Shown one piece after another: positions 51,201 to 58,980 of a DNA stretch of 64,000 nucleotides; position 1 is the stretch's first letter; each line of letters opens with the position of its first letter. The DNA is from a virus. Its lineage: Duplodnaviria > Caudoviricetes. A model generated the notes under the pieces. It was not told the origin of the DNA. It saw nothing but the letters and a program-made list of their open reading frames with translations, and made no database searches. Both the position numbers and the translations under genes were made by a program. The DNA is taken from the IMG/VR virus record IMGVR_UViG_3300028591_000101, positions 64,001-128,000 of that record; one strand, written 5' to 3'.

Positions 51201-51814
51201 TTGACTATATTGACAATTCTGGCGTTATTGATGACAAAATTGGACTTAATTTTAGTGGGTTTACCCCAATTGTAAGTACAGACGTTGGGCATGGTGGCGC
51301 TTATGTGCCATCGTTAGATAATCCTTATGAACTCTATTTTTCGCCAAATCAGGGTTATAATCCAACCGGTGAAACAAGAGACACTATTATGCAGCTTGTA
51401 TATAAGGGAACAGTTCCTTGGGTCACAAAAGATATTAAAGTTCATCAGTTGTATTCCCAGAAAGAGCTTGACCCGGTTAACATGCACCTTTTGTCCGGTT
51501 CATCCCATATTCCAGTTGACAATGCTAGCGCAATAACTACCCCTAACGGAGTCATAATAGTTGAGCCTGGTTCCGGAAGCTTATATGTGCAAGGTGAAAC
51601 TGGCGTAACACTTATAATTGGCGGAGAGTACGGAAAATTTACGGTTGGCGGAGATATGCAGTATGCTGAACCATACGATTTGGGTAGCAACAATGGTAAG
51701 GCAATATATTTGACGAATAATGCTCCATCCGGAAGCCATTACGCCATAACGATAAATTGCTCAAAACCGGATAGGGCTGTTAAAGTTATTGTAATTGACG
51801 TAACAGTTCAATAA
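48239..51814 (+). CDS. Multi-Ig (Big_2 x~5) and BACON-domain virion adhesin/fibre
   Basis: Repeated L.V.P...L.A.F...DVT...W.S...V..G.V...ITA.Y units, followed by BACON-like WVTVSP...ENSGSTTR...ITVTQ units. Confidence 0.8.
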   Translation: MAVNSNALTQNAQGRWDLTLKHDKSNVNLQIPARLTYDGIQVSTTITNVEKTINTDWYTELGVPINPDDIDKYAQPVTKDGKTYIVTGWSFDVEPYDDSGTTAETIYSVEVLPKTASIASNGHVSLTSYYVGKQGDTEVNRINVTNVATWSSNNNYVIVNGGSVSGNNTSSSTTRSSRVTAAYSGKSGYCDVTVGKASGSTVTYQLVVNPASMTIPYNGSEQLTAKFYTITDGHPDEGVDVTRNPNCMWTSSDSSHATVSSNGIVSGHNDSSVTQDVTARITATYNQTSGACQVTVTKSGGETGVTTYELSISATPSSIAWSGSSWLTAEYVTLVDGHVTSRVPVSPENVAWTVTKNPGYGTINATTGEFVANNQSLSGTNREIKIKGTYSGLTSNEVAIQVSKRPAEETTYKLEVVPSGEHIGSADTIDLQAWFYTYEAGSLEPTESLNVTEFADCTWTSDKYDVATVSAGHVVSDNQTYAEQIVFITASYCGYTDDASVVVAPKEGEAPEYYYALVVVPTAATLEYSGFTQLQAEFRTYEGSNPNPVTTEVVTTGCQWSTNNQLVYVDNDLNKGLVQSYVYDSAGTEADITAVYVRAYSSFTGTSRVTVNGKFIDFDIDTTPISVVCENQFSVTRQITTTDDVTWHASVVDVEHIGTEIDWVTVSPENGSGSGILNISVVKENSGSTTRDCFVWVHYPADSLVKKEITVTQYPTPRLIVTEQSVTAPQLGSTESVFVSTNYNISADTNGNDWITLNISRANGGFNLEITTTETSAERSGVVYVESLYSGDCTSFERVPITVSQEYMPPVPPDPTGYVYFYASETAETPSAPLEISRSAAEADVEFWISTSIETRITGVSGEGITVRETNGLDLTSGATISATGLDNRRKLIAHIPKHYDIANSRNFVVRFKTTYNQSSNNAVLVIQQRANHYYDDDVVIKFFNIESQDIGQEEVTINSGEHFIKPYVYIESNRRYENGDVEVHRMVDYIDNSGVIDDKIGLNFSGFTPIVSTDVGHGGAYVPSLDNPYELYFSPNQGYNPTGETRDTIMQLVYKGTVPWVTKDIKVHQLYSQKELDPVNMHLLSGSSHIPVDNASAITTPNGVIIVEPGSGSLYVQGETGVTLIIGGEYGKFTVGGDMQYAEPYDLGSNNGKAIYLTNNAPSGSHYAITINCSKPDRAVKVIVIDVTVQ

Positions 51815-51833
51815 CACAACTTAACTTATCATT

Positions 51834-51862
51834 TAACGGGAGGGTAAAACCTCCCGTTATTT
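51834..51862 (+). terminator. Intrinsic terminator at the end of the tail operon
   Basis: TAACGGGAGG-GTAAAA-CCTCCCGTTA followed by TTT. Confidence 0.8.
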
Positions 51863-51923
51863 GTTATTGACTTTTATCCGTTTATCGTTATATTTTAATA
51901 GATTGAAGTTTACTTATAATAGT

Positions 51924-51933
51924 ACTATTTATA
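51924..51933 (+). promoter_or_regulatory. Class II motif ACTATTTATA (a class I promoter also lies at 51867-51894)
   Basis: 21 nt before ATG 51955. Confidence 0.6.
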
Positions 51934-51954
51934 AACAAAAGGAGAATATATATT

Positions 51955-52332
51955 ATGTCTAATCAACAACAATTTCGAAATTTTATGATTAAGGGCGCCA
52001 TCTGGATTGCTGTCATCTGCACAATCGTTGTTGCAGCATGCGGGCTCATTTGGGGTTCAATCATTGAGGGTTCACTCATCGCTGAAATCGCAAAATATGC
52101 GGTTGGGAATCTCGCCATTATCGTCATCCTTGAATCTTTTTGGTATACTCTCGGACAGTTCCTTTTTCACTGGTCCGACGACTATAAGGAGAAGTACGGC
52201 AAGGGATGGTTCTGGAAGGGAATCAAGGAAGACCTCAAGAATCTCAGAACCGAAGTCAATTGGTGGAAAGTTATTCTTATCTATGTAATTTTCTTCGGTG
52301 TCTTTGGTTTGCTTATCTGGATTCTTCCTTAA
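51955..52332 (+). CDS. Three-TM membrane protein
   Basis: Three hydrophobic segments in 125 aa. Confidence 0.75.
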   Translation: MSNQQQFRNFMIKGAIWIAVICTIVVAACGLIWGSIIEGSLIAEIAKYAVGNLAIIVILESFWYTLGQFLFHWSDDYKEKYGKGWFWKGIKEDLKNLRTEVNWWKVILIYVIFFGVFGLLIWILP

Positions 52333-52355
52333 TTATCCGGACATGCTACAAAAAT

Positions 52356-52388
52356 ATCGTGCCAGGCCTGAAGTTTGGCACGATTTTT
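52356..52388 (+). terminator. Intrinsic terminator
   Basis: ATCGTGCCAGGC-CTGAA-GTTTGGCACGAT followed by TTTT. Confidence 0.7.
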
Positions 52389-52435
52389 GTATTATATAGT
52401 TACGAAAATTATGTTTAACTTTTAAAATTAGAGAC

Positions 52436-52591
52436 ATGGAAAAGAATAAGACTCTTGCGAACATTTTTACGGCACTTCCAATCGCTGTTTGTTTCGTTGG
52501 GCTTTTGGCCTTCACCCCGACCGGTTTTGTCCTTGGCGGAATCGGTGTCCTCGGTGTTATCGGTCAGGTCATGCTTAACAAGAAGCAATAA
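52436..52591 (+). CDS. Small two-TM membrane protein (51 aa, not in the ORF track)
   Basis: MEKNKTLANIFTALPIAVCFVGLLAFTPTGFVLGGIGVLGVIGQVMLNKKQ*, flanked by terminators. Confidence 0.75.
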   Translation: MEKNKTLANIFTALPIAVCFVGLLAFTPTGFVLGGIGVLGVIGQVMLNKKQ

Positions 52592-52593
52592 AA

Positions 52594-52626
52594 AAAGGTG
52601 GTCACAATGACCACCTTTAATTTTTT
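52594..52626. terminator. Bidirectional terminator
   Basis: AAAGGTGGTCA-CAA-TGACCACCTTT between convergent genes. Confidence 0.85.
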
Positions 52627-52641
52627 GTTTTTTCGGGACTA

Positions 52642-53316
52642 TTAGTTATCTTCCTCGTTAACGAAGTTATTCCAGTTCTGTTCAGCCTTGGCAAAGTTAT
52701 TTCTAGCCTGTCCGAGGGTATTGTTTGCTTGAGCAATCCTATTGTTACCTCTTGCTGCACTGTTCGCGGAAGCGGTCGCATTCCTTTGTTGTGCATTTGC
52801 AGTGGCCTGTGCATTACGCCGTGCAAGAGCTGCATTTCTGGCCGCAATCTGAGCCTGGTCAGCATCGTTAGCCTTTGCTACTCTTTCTCTCGGTGTTACA
52901 GCCGGGGTTTTTCCATTAAACCAATCGCCTAAAGAGTCTTTAGCTGCACCAATAGTAGCTCCAATTTGTCTTGCTCTTCCTTGAACAACATCACCCGCGT
53001 TTCTTACTTTTGTACCAGCGGTTCTGGCCGCATTTCCAATCCTAGCACCAGCACTCCTCATAGCATTTCCGGCCCCTGTGGCAAGTTGGTCGGCTGTATT
53101 TGCTATTGTCCCACCAGCGGATTGTAGACCACCTTTTGCGGCCTTTAATCCGCCACGTACTGCATTTGTTACTGCATTTCCACCAGCTTTAAGCAAGTTT
53201 TTCCCAGCCTGCTTAAAGTCACCCCAAGCGCCTTCATCCATTTCATTAAGTACATTTTCAACACTTTCACGAATGATTTGTCTAAGTTCGCTTTCGCTTA
53301 TTTGAATTTTAGCCAT
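52642..53316 (-). CDS. Putative internal head protein (Glu-rich leader, Ala/Gly/Asn amphipathic body)
   Basis: Leader ISESELRQIIRESVENVLNE; preceded by the late motif at 53351-53360. Confidence 0.6.
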   Translation of the reverse strand: MAKIQISESELRQIIRESVENVLNEMDEGAWGDFKQAGKNLLKAGGNAVTNAVRGGLKAAKGGLQSAGGTIANTADQLATGAGNAMRSAGARIGNAARTAGTKVRNAGDVVQGRARQIGATIGAAKDSLGDWFNGKTPAVTPRERVAKANDADQAQIAARNAALARRNAQATANAQQRNATASANSAARGNNRIAQANNTLGQARNNFAKAEQNWNNFVNEEDN

Positions 53317-53350
53317 TTTTGTTTTCTGTTTATAATTGCAATTATTTAAC

Positions 53351-53360
53351 TATAAATAGT
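53351..53360 (-). promoter_or_regulatory. Class II motif ACTATTTATA (minus strand)
   Basis: TATAAATAGT on the plus strand. Confidence 0.65.
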
Positions 53361-53376
53361 ATCTGTCTATTGAAAA

Positions 53377-53616
53377 TCAACGCCCCATTCTCTTGTTTTC
53401 AATCTTTTTAATGAGGTCTCCAACCGTCTTGACCTGCATAATTTCGTCATCACTAATAACCAGACCGAATTCGTCCTCAATACCCATAACTATCTCAGCC
53501 ATATCAAGCGAATCAGTTCCAAGGTCGTTTACGAATTCCTGGTTTTCTTTAATTTCTAACTTATCATAACCAAGCTTCTCGCTCAGTAAGTTGATAACTC
53601 GTTCTTTTACTTCCAT
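53377..53616 (-). CDS. acpP: Acyl carrier protein
   Basis: 79 aa, acidic; DLGTDSLDMAEIVMGIEDEFG phosphopantetheine site and TVGD; start ATG 53616. Confidence 0.92.
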   Translation of the reverse strand: MEVKERVINLLSEKLGYDKLEIKENQEFVNDLGTDSLDMAEIVMGIEDEFGLVISDDEIMQVKTVGDLIKKIENKRMGR

Positions 53617-53649
53617 AATAGTTTTATTTATAGACATAAATAGCTTGTT

Positions 53650-53733
53650 TTGACTTTTAAACTGTTTCTGGCTATATTGTAAGAAAGGAATACTATTTGC
53701 TGGTGGATTTTTTAAAAGATAACACTATTTATA
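53650..53733 (+). promoter_or_regulatory. Class I promoter (53650-53678) and class II motif (53724-53733) in tandem
   Basis: TTGACT-N17-TATATT and ACTATTTATA upstream of ATG 53750. Confidence 0.6.
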
Positions 53734-53749
53734 TGTAAATTGACAAGAT

Positions 53750-54901
53750 ATGAAAAAACTCACAACAGAACAGTTTATAGAGAAAGCAAGGCAAGTACAT
53801 GGGGATAAATACGATTATTCGCAATCCGTTTATGTAAATACCCGAACGCCAATTTGTATTATTTGCCCAGAGCACGGTGAATTCAAACAAACTCCGAACA
53901 TGCATTTGCAAGGTAACGGTTGTCCGAAATGTTTTAACGAAAAAAGAGGAAATACAACAAGGATGACAACGGAAGAGTTTGTTAAACGCGCAAGAGAAAT
54001 ACATGGTGATAAATATGATTATTCAAAAACCATATATAAGAATATAATGACTAAGGTGCGTATTATTTGTCCAGAACATGGTGAATTCAAACAAACGCCT
54101 AACGACCATTTAAACGGGAAGAAAAATTGTCCTAAATGCGCACACATGAGTTATAAAAAAACAACGGAAGAGTTTATTGAAGAAGCGAAAAAAATACATG
54201 GCGATAAATATGATTATTCAAAATCAGTATATTCCGGAAAAGACAAAAAGATTATTATTGTTTGTCCCGAACACGGAGAATTTAAACAAACGCCACATTC
54301 TCATCTACAAGGTAAAGGTTGTCCTAAATGCGCAAATAAATTAAACGGATTAAAAAAGCGCCTAACAAATGAAGAATTTATTTCTAAAGCGAACACGTTA
54401 CATGGGAATAAATACGATTATTCAAAAGTAGAATATAAAACAACAGATACACCGGTTTGCATTATCTGTCCAGAGCATGGGGAATTCTGGCAAACACCCC
54501 ACAACCATATAGGGCAAAAACAAGGATGCCCGAAATGTTCTAAAAGTCATATGGAGAAAGAAATATCACAACTTTTAACAGAGAACAACATTCGTTTTGA
54601 AGAACAAAAAAAATTTCCGTGGTTGAAATACAAAAAACCACTATCGCTTGACTTTTACCTGCCAGAATATGATATTGTAATAGAATGTCAGGGTGAGCAA
54701 CATTTCGTTAAAATGAGATACATAACTGAAACTGACGAAAAGTTTGAAAGAGTAAAGGAAAGGGATAAGATTAAAAAAGAGTTATGCGAAAAACACGGAC
54801 TAAGGGTTTTGTACTATTCAACAGCTTTTAAGTCTGACTTTTTGATTAGTGATAAAAATAAATTATTAAAAATTATTAAAAATGAAGGGTATTTGCCTTA
54901 G
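53750..54901 (+). CDS. Free-standing homing-type endonuclease: four DUF723-like Zn-ribbon repeats plus a PD-(D/E)XK (DUF559-like) nuclease
   Basis: 4x HG(D/N)KYDYS...CPEHGEF.QTP..H...CPKC, then LDFYLPEYDIVIECQGEQH; very AT-rich. Confidence 0.8.
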   Translation: MKKLTTEQFIEKARQVHGDKYDYSQSVYVNTRTPICIICPEHGEFKQTPNMHLQGNGCPKCFNEKRGNTTRMTTEEFVKRAREIHGDKYDYSKTIYKNIMTKVRIICPEHGEFKQTPNDHLNGKKNCPKCAHMSYKKTTEEFIEEAKKIHGDKYDYSKSVYSGKDKKIIIVCPEHGEFKQTPHSHLQGKGCPKCANKLNGLKKRLTNEEFISKANTLHGNKYDYSKVEYKTTDTPVCIICPEHGEFWQTPHNHIGQKQGCPKCSKSHMEKEISQLLTENNIRFEEQKKFPWLKYKKPLSLDFYLPEYDIVIECQGEQHFVKMRYITETDEKFERVKERDKIKKELCEKHGLRVLYYSTAFKSDFLISDKNKLLKIIKNEGYLP

Positions 54902-55787
54902 TGGAGGAGCTGGCTCCAGGTTGTGGCCCATTACAAAAAGCACATCAAAACAATTATTACCATTATATAACAAGCCGCTATTGTATTTTCCATTATCAAC
55001 TTTAATGCTTGGCGGAATACGAGATATTTTAATTATAACCACACCTTACGATGCAAAAGCATTCCAGGCGTTGCTTGGAGACGGTAGCTCGTTCGGAATA
55101 AATATAACCTATGCGCAACAGCCTTCTCCCGATGGAATAGCCCAAGCTTTTATCATCGCGGAAAAATGTGGATTTTTATCAAATGATGAACCATGCGCGT
55201 TGATACTCGGTGATAATGTGTTTCATGGCCCCGGTTTTACAGAGAAACTGACCAGAGCAAAAAATATGGCGGAAGAAGGTATTGCAACGATTTATGGTTG
55301 CATTGTAAAAGACCCCCAGAGATATGGCATTGCAGAAGTTGATAAAAGAACAGGAGAACTACTTTCAATTGAAGAGAAGCCGAAGAACCCGAAATCAAAT
55401 CTTTGTGTGACTGGTTTATATTTCTATCCGGCCGGTGTTGTTGAAGTGGCCAGGAACGTAAAGCCATCAGCAAGGGGAGAACTGGAAATCACGTCGGTCA
55501 ATCAAGCATACCTTGAAATGGGGAAATTGAGGCTTGAAAATCTCGGTCTTGGATTCGCCTGGCTTGACACTGGTACCTTTGACAGTCTTTCCGAAGCATC
55601 AAATTATGTGGAGACCATAGAGAAGCGAACAGGTCAGCAGATTGCGTGCCTTGAAGAGATTGCCTACAATCATCATTGGATTAACAAGCTTCAGTTGCTG
55701 AAATCCGCAAATGAGATGATTAAGAATGAGTATGGGCAATATCTCTTGCGGCTTTCCAAAAATGATGACGAAAAACCGGTGAATTAA
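54882..55787 (+). CDS. rfbA: Glucose-1-phosphate thymidylyltransferase
   Basis: MKGICLSGGAGSRLWP.T...SKQLLP, LILGDN, EEKP, SARGELEIT, WLDTGT. Confidence 0.96.
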   Translation: MKGICLSGGAGSRLWPITKSTSKQLLPLYNKPLLYFPLSTLMLGGIRDILIITTPYDAKAFQALLGDGSSFGINITYAQQPSPDGIAQAFIIAEKCGFLSNDEPCALILGDNVFHGPGFTEKLTRAKNMAEEGIATIYGCIVKDPQRYGIAEVDKRTGELLSIEEKPKNPKSNLCVTGLYFYPAGVVEVARNVKPSARGELEITSVNQAYLEMGKLRLENLGLGFAWLDTGTFDSLSEASNYVETIEKRTGQQIACLEEIAYNHHWINKLQLLKSANEMIKNEYGQYLLRLSKNDDEKPVN

Positions 55788-56510
55788 ATGGCACAGGTGG
55801 TTTGTAAGTCTTCCGATGGTATATATTATATGCTATGGGGAGGCGCACAGCACGATATATGGACAAAATCAGTACATGACAGTCATCTTGACCTGATAAA
55901 CGGAACATATGACGGGTTCAGACTACTTGACATGAGGCAGTTCCGGTTTGACTATAATAAGAAAAGCCTTCCGAATATTCACCATGTTGCTTTGGCGTCT
56001 TACGTTCGTATCGTTTATCCTTATCTTGCTGACATATTGAAGTTTCCGTATAAAAGAAGTGATTTCAATCTTCACAAATATGAAGAAGATAACATGATTT
56101 GTTCGTTCCTGTGGCCGAAGAATGATATGAAATGGACTGTTAGTATAAATCAGGAAGTTACCGCTGAACATGAGGGTTTTGAATGTCTGACAAATATTGA
56201 AAAGAAATATCCTGGTGACAAAGGGTCTGCATATCATAGAATATTTTGTGCATCACACTGTTCTTGCGACATAATTAATGAAAGCATTCCTGATGGACAA
56301 AGCATATTCATAAGCGGAGATAGCTATATGATACCTGTTATCCCGATTTTGGCTTGTTATTACCATGAGGTTGTTTCATTGGATAATCGTTTTGAAGGAA
56401 TTGGAATAAGTAACGTCCCGTATTATGATGGCAAGGTGTTTGATAAGGTGCTGATAGCTTGTTCGGAATCAAATCCACCGTTAAAATATCTTGGATGGAA
56501 TTTGGCATGA
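55788..56510 (+). CDS. Hypothetical protein, possibly AlgX/DHHW-like SGNH acyltransferase
   Basis: NIHH precedes IFISGDSY...VVSLDNR, the order seen in circularly permuted SGNH folds; weak. Confidence 0.4.
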   Translation: MAQVVCKSSDGIYYMLWGGAQHDIWTKSVHDSHLDLINGTYDGFRLLDMRQFRFDYNKKSLPNIHHVALASYVRIVYPYLADILKFPYKRSDFNLHKYEEDNMICSFLWPKNDMKWTVSINQEVTAEHEGFECLTNIEKKYPGDKGSAYHRIFCASHCSCDIINESIPDGQSIFISGDSYMIPVIPILACYYHEVVSLDNRFEGIGISNVPYYDGKVFDKVLIACSESNPPLKYLGWNLA

Positions 56511-56542
56511 CTTTTTAATACCAACATAAACAAGCATAACAA

Positions 56543-56572
56543 AAGCCCCGGCATAAACCGGGGCTTAATTTT
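56543..56572. terminator. Bidirectional terminator
   Basis: AAGCCCCGG-CATAAA-CCGGGGCTT between convergent genes. Confidence 0.85.
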
Positions 56573-57023
56573 ATCTGAGCCTGCTATCTATTATTTCATT
56601 TGCTTTGCACTGTATTAAAGTGGATAAAGTGCCGCTTTTCCATAACAAGTCTTCCAGCCTTCCAGCAATGAAATTATAGAACAATTTTTCAGTCATCTCT
56701 TTGATAATGTCATCCTGATTCAAAACATCCTGTATCCTTTCTTTTACGCCGCTTAATACATTTTCAACATCAAGTTCGTGTACAATGTTTTCAAGTCTGC
56801 GGGTCGGTTCAATCTCTTCCGTTTCACGACCATAATAGTCTTTCTTCTTGGAATAGAAAAGCCTTCGTATGACTTCACTATCCATGACATATTGGCTTAT
56901 TGCCTTGCCGAGTATGTCATGTATTTCAGCATCGGTAAATGTTCCAAGTTCCTTTTCCACTAGGTCCTTGAAACGAGTTTCGTCTAAATTAATCTCTATT
57001 TTCATATCGCTATTGTTTGTCAT
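56571..57023 (-). CDS. Hypothetical protein
   Basis: Last gene of the minus-strand operon (start may be 57005). Confidence 0.7.
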   Translation of the reverse strand: MTNNSDMKIEINLDETRFKDLVEKELGTFTDAEIHDILGKAISQYVMDSEVIRRLFYSKKKDYYGRETEEIEPTRRLENIVHELDVENVLSGVKERIQDVLNQDDIIKEMTEKLFYNFIAGRLEDLLWKSGTLSTLIQCKANEIIDSRLR

Positions 57024-57477
57024 AAATTATTTCGTCATATTCATCCGGTGTTGGTGCCTGAAACCTCTGTACGAGTCTGTCCCATGCATCGTCAGGTATT
57101 TGTCCGTTCCGCCTTTGTTTATTGACTTCAACGCTCGGTGCCTCAACAACAACATAAATCCATTTCACATCATATGGGGACAGGATTTTCTTGTAGTCAT
57201 TCCTATATTGCCTCCGTATGTTTATGTTGTTGATTGCAATATCATAACCTTCACGGGCAAACATCTTCAGTTTCGTATGGAATATGCTGCTGACCATAAA
57301 CTCCTGCTCATTGGTGCCTATAATCTTGTCGCCGGGGTTGCAATAGCCAAGTTCAGCCCTTATATCATCACGACAAACGACCTTGACATCTGGCGGAAGG
57401 TTGTTTTTAATCCAAGTGTCTTTCCCAGCCCCAGGAAGACCTATCATCACATAAACGTTAATCTGTCTCTTTTCCAT
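57010..57477 (-). CDS. P-loop kinase (AAA_33, polynucleotide-kinase-like)
   Basis: MIGLPGAGKDTW, CRDDIR, R..R lid motif. Confidence 0.85.
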   Translation of the reverse strand: MEKRQINVYVMIGLPGAGKDTWIKNNLPPDVKVVCRDDIRAELGYCNPGDKIIGTNEQEFMVSSIFHTKLKMFAREGYDIAINNINIRRQYRNDYKKILSPYDVKWIYVVVEAPSVEVNKQRRNGQIPDDAWDRLVQRFQAPTPDEYDEIIYDKQ

Positions 57478-58930
57478 ATTTCCAGTTCAAATAGTTTTCA
57501 AGTTCCTTTGACGAGAAGGTGTAATAACCTCCAGATTTATATTTTCCAAGCATCTTTACATAGTTCATAAAGTCTTGTGTTTCAAGGGCTTTCAGACCTT
57601 CCTGGTGCTCTGTGAGTATATAGAGACCACCGTATACACCAGTGCCAGCAGGAGCCTCAACGGGTTTAACATCATCAAGTGTCTTAATGAGGCTCTTGAT
57701 TGCCCATTTCTCTTTCCACGTGTCGTTTATCGCCTGTGTCCTACCGAAAGCATACCAAGGCTCGGTTGTTGCCCGCCCTTCAAGTTTTTCCTTGTGCTCG
57801 GTCAACGTATTCAATATCACCTCGTCAATTTCATTTTCATTCATCAGCTTGCCGGTTTTAGAATACGGGTAATAGCACCATTCCTGTTTTCCCGTTGATG
57901 ACTTGATTACCGGTATGATGTTCCATGGCCGCACAGAATGATAAACTCTATGGGTTTCCCGTTTATCTTTTGGAATAAACACGTCGTCAGCCAGTGTAGC
58001 AAAACCGTTCTTTACTTGGAAAACCTTATCCTGTCGCTTTGTACCCTTTCCGTATTCAATGATTTCCCGCATCTGCATAAGCTGACCAGGCGTTCCGAAA
58101 TAGAACTTCCCGTCAATGTTCATATCGTTAAACGGGACATAAGTCACACCTTGCCAAAATCCGTCATCATCGGCAGTTCTTTCCATAGTGACATGTTTGA
58201 CAGCATCCACTTTTTCTTTTCCGAAAATTGTGATTGCCACGTAGGTAGTCGCGTTTTCAAAAAGCTGGTAGTGTCCGTAATCCTCAATATATTCAAGGTT
58301 CCGGTTTTCAATGACATAATCTCTCATCTTTTGACCCGCCAATGAGGTTAACCATGAGGAAGGTGTAATATAGCACATCTTACCGGTCTCGTTCATCATT
58401 CGGAAACCAAGCTCATAGAAAGCGAGGTATATGTCCTTCATTCCCTCCGTAGTAAAAGTATAACCAGACAGGTCACATTCAAGGTCGTGAGTTCTGATAT
58501 AAGGCGGATTTGCGATGACAAAATCCATCTTTCCGTCATAATCGTGACAGGAAAGAGCGTCACGGTTTTGTATGTCCCACTTTACGTCTTTAATTCCATC
58601 TAGAGCTGCAACCCGGTCAAGTCTCTCAATACATCTCTGGTATTCAACGGGGTCAAGTTCAATCCCATGGATATAGGTTTCCAGGAGTTTCTTAATCTCC
58701 TGTTTGTTTCTTCTGGTTGTTACACTTACGTTGTGGATATAAAAATCTACGATAAGTGCCAGGAACGCCCCATCGCCGCAAGAGTTGTCTATTATATGTT
58801 TCCTTGCATTCGGCCAATAGACGCGACCATTTTCATACACCAAGTTATCCCACCCGAGTATATCGTGCAACATTCTGTCTGCGGTGTCTTTCGGCGTGAA
58901 TATCTTACCGTCTTTTTTCTTCTTTCCCAT
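57458..58930 (-). CDS. Orphan N6-adenine DNA methyltransferase (gamma class, Eco57I/TaqI-like)
   Basis: IFTP, DNSCGDGAFL (motif I), GIELD, IANPPY (motif IV). Confidence 0.9.
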   Translation of the reverse strand: MGKKKKDGKIFTPKDTADRMLHDILGWDNLVYENGRVYWPNARKHIIDNSCGDGAFLALIVDFYIHNVSVTTRRNKQEIKKLLETYIHGIELDPVEYQRCIERLDRVAALDGIKDVKWDIQNRDALSCHDYDGKMDFVIANPPYIRTHDLECDLSGYTFTTEGMKDIYLAFYELGFRMMNETGKMCYITPSSWLTSLAGQKMRDYVIENRNLEYIEDYGHYQLFENATTYVAITIFGKEKVDAVKHVTMERTADDDGFWQGVTYVPFNDMNIDGKFYFGTPGQLMQMREIIEYGKGTKRQDKVFQVKNGFATLADDVFIPKDKRETHRVYHSVRPWNIIPVIKSSTGKQEWCYYPYSKTGKLMNENEIDEVILNTLTEHKEKLEGRATTEPWYAFGRTQAINDTWKEKWAIKSLIKTLDDVKPVEAPAGTGVYGGLYILTEHQEGLKALETQDFMNYVKMLGKYKSGGYYTFSSKELENYLNWKYGKETD

Positions 58931-58938
58931 ACATTGGT

Positions 58939-58967
58939 AATATACAAATTTTTAAGGTAAAAAACAA
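58939..58967 (-). promoter_or_regulatory. Class I promoter TTG-N20-TATATT for the methyltransferase (near-leaderless)
   Basis: Minus strand TTGTTT-N17-TATATT ends 8 nt before ATG 58930. Confidence 0.6.
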
Positions 58968-58980
58968 AAGAACCGGGTTA

